Source: Rhina ancylostomus (Eukaryota). Taken from it: a DNA stretch of 64,000 nucleotides. The position numbers were made by a program, and so were the translations under genes. The stretch's first letter is position 1. Each line of letters begins with the position of its first letter. Below are positions 41,101 through 53,100 of this stretch, piece by piece. The stretch covers positions 43,092,702 to 43,156,701 of the forward strand of contig JARFYF010000063.1 in NCBI GenBank assembly GCA_030265395.1. Reading direction: 5' to 3'. The notes beneath the pieces were generated by a model that saw only the letters and a program-made list of their open reading frames with translations, ran no database searches and was not told where the DNA came from.

Positions 41101-44100
41101 AAGAAAGTTAAAGTAAATTGGGCAGATTAAGAAAGTGATTAAAAAGAGCATATAGGACCCTGGTAAAAGAAACTTGAGCAAAGAAATCAAAATGAACTTT
41201 CATAAAACGTTGGTTTGGCTGCAAATGGTGCATTGTGTCCAGATCTGGACAGTTTAAAAGAAGAGTTGAAGGCCTTAGAATGGGTGCAGAGAGGATTTAC
41301 AGAGTGTGATTCCCAGGGATGAGTTACATGGATAGACTAGAGAAGACGGAGTCATTATCCTTGGAACAGAGGAAGCTGAGAGGAAGTCTAGTTGAGGTGT
41401 TTAAACGTATGATGGGTCTAACAATACTTGGACGGAAACTGTTTCAACTAATAGAGAATGAAATTGTTGGCAAAAGAGCTAAAGGTGATATGAGACACAA
41501 CTTTAACAGTGAGTGGTTTGAGTTAGGAATGCATTGCCAGGGGTGACTGTGGAAGCATGTTCATTTACAGCATTCAAAAGAGAGCTGAATGAGTATTTGA
41601 AAGGAAAGAATTTGCAGGGCGACAGGGAGAGGACAGTGGAATGACCAACTATAATGCTCTTATATAAAGCTGGTTAGGAACTTCAGTGGCCTTCTTCAAT
41701 GTTTTAACTGGCAATATACATATTTTGTCACAATACAAAAATCTGTCCTTATTCCAAGCTATGTTTTCTTATTTGTAATAAAAAGAATTAAGTTAACAAG
41801 AACAATCAATTCAATATCATCTTTCTGAGACAGAAAATACCTAAACAAGTGAGAGAAATACACATAATACTTCACCAAATTTTTCAGGAAACAACATATA
41901 GGCTATGTCACAATTTTAAATTATTAATCACAAAGTTCTTCATCCCACTCCTTCAATATAATTCAACAGTACCAAATGTTATCTTCATCTTGTTGAATTA
42001 TAGCAATTTGAAGAAAATTTAAAATTTGCAGATAATGGAAATCAAAACCAAAGACAGAAAATACTGGAAACACTGAGTCAAGAAAGAGAAATAGAGTTAA
42101 CCATTTGGGGAAACTGGGAGGGCTGTCTCAAGAACAAGTCAAAAACACAACCTGGCATTGTCTCACTGAAATTTATACCATCCATCTATGCCCTTATTGC
42201 CTTCTCCTGCGCAAAGGAATGCATGGGAACGCTATCACTCTCCACTGGATGCAATCCTATCTTGGAAAGGGTTCATCCTTTCTGGGTCTCAATACTGGAA
42301 CTCAATAACATAATTGGGAGTAATTTCACCACTCAGTTGAAGTTAGTAACTTGCGATCACCTCAAGGGCAACTGGGATGTGCAAAAAATATTGCTGAGAT
42401 CAGCAGCAATGCTCATATCTTGAAAATAACTGGAAAAACTGTAAATAACATTCCTTCAAATAACAGGTTGACATAATTCACAAACACCAATTTGATATTA
42501 ATATTCAACTGAGATAAAGTGAAAGGACTGTGCAGATTCAAAGTTTCTTACCATTCATCCATCAAAATAATTTCACCATTTCCTGTCACCTTCTTTGAAC
42601 CATAAAAGAGCAGCTGGAGTGGACTAACTAAAGTCATCGCCTTTGCAGATACAGCACGAGTTCTGATCTGGAGAAGAAATAATCAATTACTTACCCCTGA
42701 GTAATCTGACAAATCTGTTGATTTTTCCAAACACATTTTTATTCAAAAACATTACCACAGTAAAATTGTTAAAAGAAAAGTCATTGTGGCTGAGTAACAC
42801 TGCCCACAAATACCGTTTCTGGGGTTACAAATTAAGACCAGGTATTGAATGCAGATCTTTCCAGGCACCCCAGTTTCAAGGTCCACTAACTTTTATGAGA
42901 CAGCAAGGAATTCACAAATATTGTTCTAAAACAATTAATTTTATTCACATTCTCTGCTTCTTCATTTTGGATTAGCTTGTACTTAACATTCATAGAACTT
43001 TTGCATTAAACTACATAATTGGATCCAATTAAGCTTGCAATTCAACTTGGCAAAGGATCAAAAAACCATTCTGACTTTAGTGTCTGAAGCTGAAAGGACT
43101 GAAATCAAATCGGGAAAACAATCTCCCCTGAGGTGTTCAATTTAAAATAAAACTAACTTCAAATTTTATTCAATATGCATAGCAACCAGTTAATTGATTT
43201 TACTAAATTAAAAATCTCTCAATCTAAGTGTTTTAACAGTTCCTGCACAGGACATCCTGTTGCATTTCAGTCATTTGGCTCAATGGTTGAATTAATGTGT
43301 TCAAATTACTTCAGTTTTAACTGCTCTACATTCCCCGAGGATCAATGCATTCTCGGGGAAAAGGAGCTACTGAACATGATCATGAATCCATGCATATCAA
43401 ATTGACCATTCCATACTCAATAAATTTAGCTTTTTGAATTATATCTTACCTCAGTTTGATGGGAATCAGAATTAGATAATAGCTGGGGATTGTGATTAAA
43501 GAGAAAAGGTTGGAAAGGAGAGAACAAAGTAGAAATAAATACAGCTCCCTATGTGTTTTCAAGTTGTCTCAAATATTCGCAAAAGGAACTATGAGGAATA
43601 TGGCAGCAGTGAATTTGAATGTAAGATTATGATCTGTGTCCAAAATAGCTATTCATCTTGCTCTGGACAATGAGAAATGTGCAGCTGTATGTTACTCACC
43701 TTTTCCCCAAACACAAAGAATGGAGAAGGATATTTTGAATCTTGATTGCTGAAAGGACAATTGACAGAAGACTTATGGATAAGTGCATTACGCCCCTCTG
43801 TTGTTAATATTTTCCGTTTTTCCTTGTGGTAGCAGACATTGGGATACAGTCCAAAGCACAAAAGCGAAATAACCAGATCAAGATTGTTATCTGGTCCAGT
43901 ATTGTTAAATACCTGCGTCATTAGACATTCTATTTAGAAGGAAAGGGAGAAAATATTGCTCAATATCAAATCATACTTGTTTAAAAACCAAATATTCCAT
44001 CCAAATTAATATCAAATCAACAAACACATCAGCTGGCATGAACCAGGGTCGAAATCACAATATAAAGGGTCTGCCATTCAGGACCACGATGAAAAGAAAT

Positions 44101-47100
44101 TTCTTCAGCTAGAGGGTAGTGAACCTTGGCAATTCTCTTCAGAAGACTCACTCATTGAGTATATTCAAGAGATAGATTTTTGAATATTAAGTGAATCAAA
44201 GAATGTAGAGCTCATATAAGAAAGTTGCACTGAGGAAGAAGATTAGCCTGAAAGGATGATGTAAGAAGAGTTAATGATTAAAAGGAAGCTGAAAAAATAT
44301 CCAAAGGGAAAATATTGTTCTGCTGCAAGGGAAACAAAACATATGGCTCCCTCAATATTCTTATAACATATTGGCATAAAATTAATAGACAAAAACTGAC
44401 ACACTTTGAGTTTTAAGATTCAATGATTTCTGTAAGAATGAGCATTGTCTGATAGGGTGAAGGCGTTCACGCAGTGTTCACCGACAGTGCACTCTAGCAA
44501 GACTATTGTTTAAATAAAGCAAGAGATTGTTTCCACACAATGAGCAATTATGTTATTATGTCTATGATTCCTGATTTTTTTCAAAAATGTCTTTTGTATG
44601 AGCACCAGCTACAATGAATAAACAACCGAGGGACAGTGTGCATGAACTGAAAAGGACCTTTGTTTTTGATGTCAAAAGTAACAAGCTACATTTAATAGTT
44701 ACATAAACACGCATTACAATTGAGATTTTAAAAGGTTAAAAAAATATAAGTTTACCTTCAGGGAATCCAGAGTTGATGAGGATGTCCTTCAGCTGAACCT
44801 TAGCTTCCCATGTCATCCGTAAAGTCGCCATGTTTAACCTTTTATGCTCACAAAATCTGATTTCTGCATCTTCCCCTCCCATTCTAGAAAACAAAAAATA
44901 TAAATGCTCAAATGAAGTTAACTTTCCAGAATTACAACAATACAAAAATGGAAATACAGTTTGGTGATTATCTATTTCCCTGGCATACCTTGCATCATCC
45001 CAGGCTTGAAAAACTGAAAGTAGAGCCACATGATCTGAAAATCTTGTTCCTGAAAAATTCCTGTGCACGTAGCCAAGACGTTTGCCTTCATTAATAAAAG
45101 GCTCTGGAAAACAGGTAGCAGCTGATATGGTGCACACGGCATCACCAACACTGCAAAAAACAAAAACAACCCACTGTAAAATTTTCATTGATTTTCCAAC
45201 TTCATTCATAACTGAAGACATTATAAAATATTGAATGACAAAATTGCCACACTTGGAACATTCAAAGGCATTCAAACAAAATAATAAGCATTTCAACAAG
45301 CAGATTTCCCAACCTAATGCTTACCAAGCTGAATCACTAGTTCAATGCCAAACCCTTCATCCACAGATAATATTAAAACACAACAAACTCCAACTTCAAA
45401 TCTAACTGATTTTTGCTGCAACAAAAGATGACTTGAATAGAAATTTATTTTGTAATTTATGTCTCACATTTGGAGAATTTGAAGAATCGAGAAGTTATAT
45501 CCCTGAATTTTCTTGACCTTACACAAAATACCTCAAAAAGAGGTTTTGTGCTCCCACATAATCCTACCATTTTCCTTACCATTTTAAGGTTAATTTTTCT
45601 GTTGGAATTTTGAGCTCAGAGCTTTGAACCCTGGATGCAGCTAACTTGCATCAAACCTTGTTATCACAACACTTACACCACCACCAACCACCAGCTCTCC
45701 TCCCTGTTAGCTGATAGGAGGNNNNNNNNNNNNNNNNGGGCATGACAAACCATTTTGCCCATGGGGGCTTCCCTCTGGCAGGATTGAGTAGAGTTGGAGA
45801 ACATCTGGCATTCAGCTTCTTAACTACCTTGCGGTGCATTAATGCCCAATAACTACACATTCATATTTAACTTTTGGTCATTTGGAGCATTTTGTTGCCT
45901 ATCTGGAATTTGCATACAATTATGAAAGGAAGCTTGAGAAATGTAAGCATGTTAGGACAATATCAAAAACCAATTTAACTCAAGATTATTGAATGAACAG
46001 AATAAAGGGGGCAGAGTGCATAACATTATGTTTTTATATCTTGTCTAACACTTTCTTTGAACTGATAATCTCACAATGAATAGAAATTAATTTAACATGG
46101 AACCAATGAACATGTTACAGACACATGACCACAGTAATGTACAGATTAATGTAACATTAAAAATGCCAGAACTCCCAGTCACCAGTCATTGCTTCCACTT
46201 TGTGAGAGCAAGAGCTACATAAACAGAAACTGATTATGTGTTAAAAATATAGCAAAGACTTTTGTATGTCAGGTCTAAGAAGACTTCATATAGTTTGGAT
46301 CTGACCTAAGATCTCAAGCTGCATAAATAAGTTTAACTTCTAGAAATTGTTCTATTGTAAACTACTATGTAGGACACTCAGAGATTTTAGGTCAGGAAGA
46401 GCCTTTCTCTTACAGATACCAGATAACATCTCAAAACAACAGGCTTACATTTGAATATCCTTAACGTCAACCATAATGAAAGCAAAATAAATTTGCAATC
46501 TATGGTCAAAGAAGCCACCTATTAATACACAGCACAGTTTTGTTTCAGTAACCAGTTTCACAGTTCCTCATATGGCACAATATTGCATGCAACAGGATAC
46601 GTGCTGTTCTTCACAGAAGTATGCACTAAGTGTTCCAAATTCCAAATCCTGGGACCAAAGAAGTACTACATTGCATTTTATTGAATACAGTCTTTTATAA
46701 TCACTGCTTTGACTTACTGGAAAATGCAGCCCATAATCATCATTTTGCCTAGACGTGGTTCAATAGGAAGTCGAGCCAAGATGCGGCCCAGTGGAGTCAA
46801 CTCATCATTGGTATCCAAAGCATCAAGTTCTGTGAAAGAGAATAAATTTTATTAAAATCACACTGATATTACGTGTGAACAAACTGCATTTTGTACCGAG
46901 GTATCATTGGTATGATCTGAGAACAATTTATCTGCTGGGAAGAGATTTGTAGGGCAATGAACCAGCAACATACTGTCACTTGCAGATTTACAAAATCATT
47001 ATTTCTATAGAATCCAGTCTTTCTCCCCCCCCCCACCGGTTCAGATTTTTGAAACACTAAGTAGAAAATTTGAAACTTGCTCCGCATTTGTATGCAGGAT

Positions 47101-50100
47101 GCCTCTCAGGTTGGAATAATTTAAACAAGAGGGTACAATGACATAGACCTTCTGCCACACAACTCCAGCATCCCAGCTTGGATCCTGACGTCAGAGAAAC
47201 AAAGGACTGCAGATGCTGGAATCTAGATGAAAAAATAATAAGACGCTGGAGGACTCAGCAGGTCAGGCAGCATCCGTTGGGTCCTGAAGAAGGGTTCCGA
47301 CCCAACATTGACCATCTGCTTTTCTCCACGGATGCTTCCTGACCTGCTGAGTCCCTCCAGAATCTTATTGTTTTTTGACCCTGACATCAGGTGCAGTCTG
47401 GGAAAAGTCTGCATATTCTCCCCATGACATGAGTTTCCCCAGATGCTCCAATTTCCTCCTATATCCTAAATACTTGCTGATAGGTTAACTGGCCACTATA
47501 AAATTACCACTATTGTCAGTGGGGGAAGGAGAAGCAGAGGGGACTTTATTGGCACACGAGAGAGAATAGGTTACAAGTAAATGTGGGAGAAACAGAACTG
47601 ATGGGAATGGTCTGAGAGCTGGTACAACCTAAATGGGCCAAATGGCTTCCTCCTTTGTCACACGGGGATACAATTAGTGATCATAAAAATAAAAAAGGTA
47701 TTGTAACACATCAGTATTAAAATTAGTCATACTTCATAAGAGCCAGTCAAGCTTTCATAAAAATTCCATGAAGGACTTCTGTACTTTGCTGCATTATTGC
47801 CATGATACGAAAGCCACCTGGCCCCTCAAGCCTGCCCTGTTGTTCAATATAGTCAAGGCTGATCTACCCTTGGTCACAATTCCTCTTCTGCACCAGTTCC
47901 ATAAAGCCCTCAATCATTCAAAAATTTATCTATCTTCTCTTTAAACACCTCCAAAGTTCTAGTCTCCTTAGCCCTCTTAGGAAGAGGAATCTAGAGATTC
48001 GCTACACTCTGCAAGAAATTCCTACAGCCCTCAATTTTGAAGGACAAGCATTATCTGGTAACCCTCTCACTTGTAAAAAAAAATCTCAACATTGGGCATG
48101 GCCTCACAGGATCTTTTTATATTTCAAAAAGATCACCCTCATTCTTCTAAACTGCAAGGAATGCAACTATCGGTGGCAATAACAACACTCTCATCCCAGA
48201 AATTAGTGCAGTGATTATCTTCTGGACTGACTCCAATGCCATTATACGCTCTCTTAAATAAGGCGACCAAACCTGAATGCTGTACTCCAGATGTAACCTC
48301 ACCAATACCCTAAGTATAACAAAACTTATCTCTTCCTCCAATCTACTTATCATAGATATGCTATTTACCTTCCTAACTACTTGCTGCACCTGTATGCACA
48401 ACACTTCGATCCCTCTGTACTCGTCCCTCTCCATCTCAATAATGCTCTGCCTTTTGATTTTTCCTGTGTGACCTCACAATTGTCTACATTAAACTCCATT
48501 TGCCATGTTTTCCTACATACTCACCCTGTCTATATTCTGTTGCAGAATCCAAATATCCCCAATGTAGCATGGCCTCCTATCTATTTTTGCACCATCAATA
48601 AACTTAGAATCCTTAACAAGACCCCTTCCTCTTAGTTGTGAACATTGGGGAGGTGATGGCACAGTGGTATTAACACTAGATTAATAATCTAGATACCCAG
48701 TGCAAAGTTCTGGGGACCTGGGTTCGAATCCCACCACGGCAGATAGTGATAAAAATTCAAATTCTGGGATTAAAATGTCAAGTGATGATCGTGAAAACCA
48801 TTGTCAATTGTTGTAAAGACCTATCTGGTTCACTACTGTCCTGGAGGGAAGGGAAATCTGCCATCCTTACATGGTCTGGCCTACATGCAACTTCAGATCC
48901 ACAGCAATGTGGTTGACTCTGAACTGCCCTCTGAAATGGTCTAGTAAGCCATTCAGTTGTAATAAATGACTAAAAAGCCACAAGGAAATAAAACCAGACA
49001 TATCACCTAGAATCAACCTGGGCACCGGAAATGGCAACAGCAAAAATTGCTGTACCTGTATGCACAACACTTCGATCCCTCTGTACTCCCTGTAAAGTCC
49101 TCCTTAGCAACATCTGAGGGCTTGTGCCAAAATTGCAAGAGCTATCTCACAAACTAGTCAACAACAGTCTAGCTGTCTCACAGACTAGTCAATGATACTC
49201 ACACAGAATTAGACCTTACAGTCAATGTCCAGACGCCATCCCTGGGCATGTCCTGTCCCACCAGCAGGATAAACCCAGCAGAGGCAGTGCAGTCAGGAGG
49301 GAACTGCCCTGGGAGTCCTCGACAATGATTCTAGATCCCATGAACTCTCATGGCATTAGGTTAAAACTTGGGCAAGGAAACCTTCTGCTGACTACCACCT
49401 ACCATCTCCTTTTGTCGATGAATTAATGCTACTCCATATAGAAAACCACTTGGAGAAAGCACTGAGAATGACAAAGGTGTGGAATGTACTCTGGGTGGGG
49501 GATGCAACATCCATCAAGAGTGGCTCAGTAGCACCAGTACTGACTGAGCAACAAAAGGCACTACTGCTAGATTGGGTCTGCGGCAGGTGGTGAGGGAACA
49601 AACGTGAGCGAAAATCCTACGTGATCTCGTTCTCACCNNNNNNNNNNNNNNNNNNNNNNNNNNNNNNNNNNNNNNNNNNNNNNNNNNNNNNNNNNNNNNN
49701 NNNNNNNNNNNNNNNNNNNNNNNNNNNNNNNNNNNNNCCAATGTACCTGATGCAGATGGATCTGTCCACGACAGTATCAGTAGGAGTGACCACGGTACAG
49801 TCCTTGTGGATAGGAAATCCCATCTTCACAGTGAAAATTCACTTCATCGTGTCATGTGACACTACCATGCAATAAATGGGGCAGACCGTGAACAGATCTA
49901 GCAGTTCGGGACTGGGCAAATTGAGACACTGTAGGCAATTAGCACAAGCAGCAGAGCTAAACTCAACCACAATCAGCAACCTCATGGTCCAGCATAATCC
50001 CTGCTCTACCATCAAACCAGGAGATCAACCCTGCTTCAATGAAGACTGCAGGAGGGTATGCCAGGAGCAGTACCAGGCATACCTCAGAATGAGAAATAAA

Positions 50101-53100
50101 CCTGGAGAAGCTACAAGACAGGACTACCTGCATGCCAATCAACATAAAAAGCGGGTAATAGACAAAGTGATCCCACAACCAATGGATCAGACCTAAGCTC
50201 TGCAGTCCTGCCACATCCAGTTCCAAATGATGGTGGACAATTCAACAACTTACTGGAAGAGCAGGCTCCACAAGTATTCCCATTCTCAATGATGGGGGAG
50301 CCCAGACCATCAGTGCAAAAGAGAAAGTTGAAGCATTTGCAAGAATCTTCATCCAGATCAATCTTGACTGATCTTGATCTCCTTCAGTAGGATCCCCAGC
50401 ATGGTGGGTACCAGCCTTCAACCAATTTGATTCGCTTCATGTGAAGCCGCTAAAGGTATTGCATACTGCAAAGGTTATGGGCCCTGACAACATTCCAGCA
50501 ATAGTACTGAACTTGCCGAGCACTTGGCCGAGCTCTTTCAGTACTGTGACAACTACCTTACAATGTGGAAAATTGCCTGGGTATGACCTATCCACAAGAA
50601 GCAGGACAAATCCAACCCNNNNNNNNNNCCCGGCCAGTTACTGCCCCATTAGTCTACTCTCAATTATCGGCAAAGTGACGGAAGGGATAATCAATGGTGC
50701 TATCAAGCAGCAACAATCTGCTCACAGAAGCTGAGTTTGGCTTCCGCCAAAGCCACTCAGCCCCTGACCCCATTACACCTTGGACAAAAGAGCTGAACTC
50801 CAGATGTGAAGTGAAAGTAACTGCCTTTGACATCAAGGTAGCATTTGATCGAGAATGGAATCAAGAAACCCTGGCTAAACTGGAGTTGATGGGAATCAAT
50901 GGGTAAACCCTCCACTGGCTGGAATCGTACCAAGCACANNNNNNNNNNNNNNNNNNNNNNNNNNNNNNNNCTCAGCCATGGGACATTTCTGCAGGAGTTC
51001 CTCAGGGTAGTATCCTGGGCCCAACCATCTTCAACTGCTTCATCAATTACCTTCCTTCAATTGCAAGGTCAGAAGTAGGGATGTTCTCTGATAATTGCAC
51101 AATCCTCAGATAATGAAGCAGTCCATAACTAAGTGCAGCAAGAACTGGACAATATCCAGGCTTGGGCTGCTAGGCGGCAAGTAACATTTGCACCAAACAG
51201 GTGCCTGGCAATAACAATATCCAACAAGAGAAAATCCAGCCATCACCACCTGAAATTCAGTTTTTACCATGACCATCACTGAATCCCCCACTATTAATTT
51301 CCTGGGGGTTACCATTGATCAGAAGCTGCAGTAGCCATATACACAATGTGGCTACAAGAGCAGGTCAGAGGCTTGGAATCCTGTAGTGAGTAACTCACCT
51401 CCTAACTCTCCAAAGCCTGTCCACTATCTACAAGGCTCAAGTCCAGCAGTGGATGGAATATTTTCCATTTGCCCAGATAAGTACAGTTTCAAGAATACTC
51501 AAGAAGCTCAACACCATATAAGGCGTGGCAGCTGACTTGATAGGCATCCCATCCACAACCACTCACTCCACCACCGATACACAGTAGCAGCAGTTAGTAC
51601 CATCTACAGGATGCACTGCAGCAACTCATCAAGACTCATAGGATAGCACCTTCCAAGCCCATGACCTCTACCAGCTAGGAGGACGTGGGCAGCAAAAGCA
51701 TGGGACACTACCAAATGGAAGTTGCACTCCAACACACCATCCAGACATGGAAATATATCGTCATTCCTTCATCATTTCTGGGTCAAAATCCTGGAACTCT
51801 CTCCCTAACAGCATTGTGGGTATACCCACACTTCAAGGATTGCAACAGTTCAAGGTGGCAGTTCATCACCACCTTCTCCAGGGCAAATAGGGATGGGCAA
51901 TTAAATACTGGCTCAGCCTGTAAAACCAAGATCTGTTGAATAATATTTTAAAAAAGTGGTAAATACTTTAGAACCAAGAACTGATTTTCATGGCATTCCA
52001 CTAATTACATCCGTTCAGCCTGAAAACTATCAATTTATTCTGACACTGCTTTCTCAATGATTACCAGTCTTCAGTGCACATTAACATGTTCCACCCTCCC
52101 CCATACGATGAGTTCATCTTGTGCACCAGCCTTTTGTGTTGCACTTTATCAAATGCTGCCTGAAAATCCAAAAACACTACATCTGCATGTTTTCCTCTAT
52201 TTATTGACTGCTTGTTACACCGTGAATAAACTCTAGCAAATTAGTCAAACGTGAATTTCCTTTCAAAAACCACGTTGACTTGGTTTGATCGTAATAAGCT
52301 TCTCTAAATGAATAGTTAGTTTCTTCCAGAATTTTCACAACAACAGATAGTTAATTGGCCCACTGTTTCCTTCTTGGAGAAAGCCATCACATTCATAGTT
52401 TCCAAATACACAGATATACTTCTGGAAATCAGCGAATTTTGAAATACTTCAACCAATTACTGTGTTAAATCTACAGCCCACATCCTTCAGAACCCTAGGA
52501 ATAATACAATCCCCTCACTGTTTCCAATATCTTGAACCTCGTGATAGGGATTAGAATCATAGAGAGATAGAGCATGGAAGCAGGCCCTTCACCTACTGAG
52601 CCCATGCTAAACATCAAGCATCCATTTTTACATCAGTCCTACTCTCACCCATCTGACTCCCATCAACCCCCTACCTCAAAGATCCTGCCGCTAATCTACA
52701 CACTATAAGCAATTTAAAGCAGCTACTTAATCTACAAACCTATGCCTTTGGGACATCGCTTGCTATAATTTCTTCCATTCTATTTGAAACCAACCCATCT
52801 TTTATCTGTGGGATGTTTCCAGTGTCCTCACTAATAATGATGCAAAGCTCTGATTTAAGTTAATTGCCTTTTCCTTGTTCCCAGTATTAATTCCCTCATT
52901 TTGCCCTTCAGTGATCTTGCATTAACCTAAGCCACCCTCTTCCTCTTTTCTATGTCCATAGAAGTTCCTGCTGATAATGACTTGCCAGTTTTCTCTTGTA
53001 ATCAATTTCTCCCACCTTTTGCTGCTGATTCCTGAAATATCCCCAGTCCTTTGGTCTATTACCAGCTTCAGCCACTTAGCATTCTCTAGTTTTTGACTTA

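Noticed and set aside
48657-48740. Functional tRNA gene
   Set aside because: A and B boxes are present, but there is no convincing cloverleaf or terminator and the sequence continues into a retroelement.
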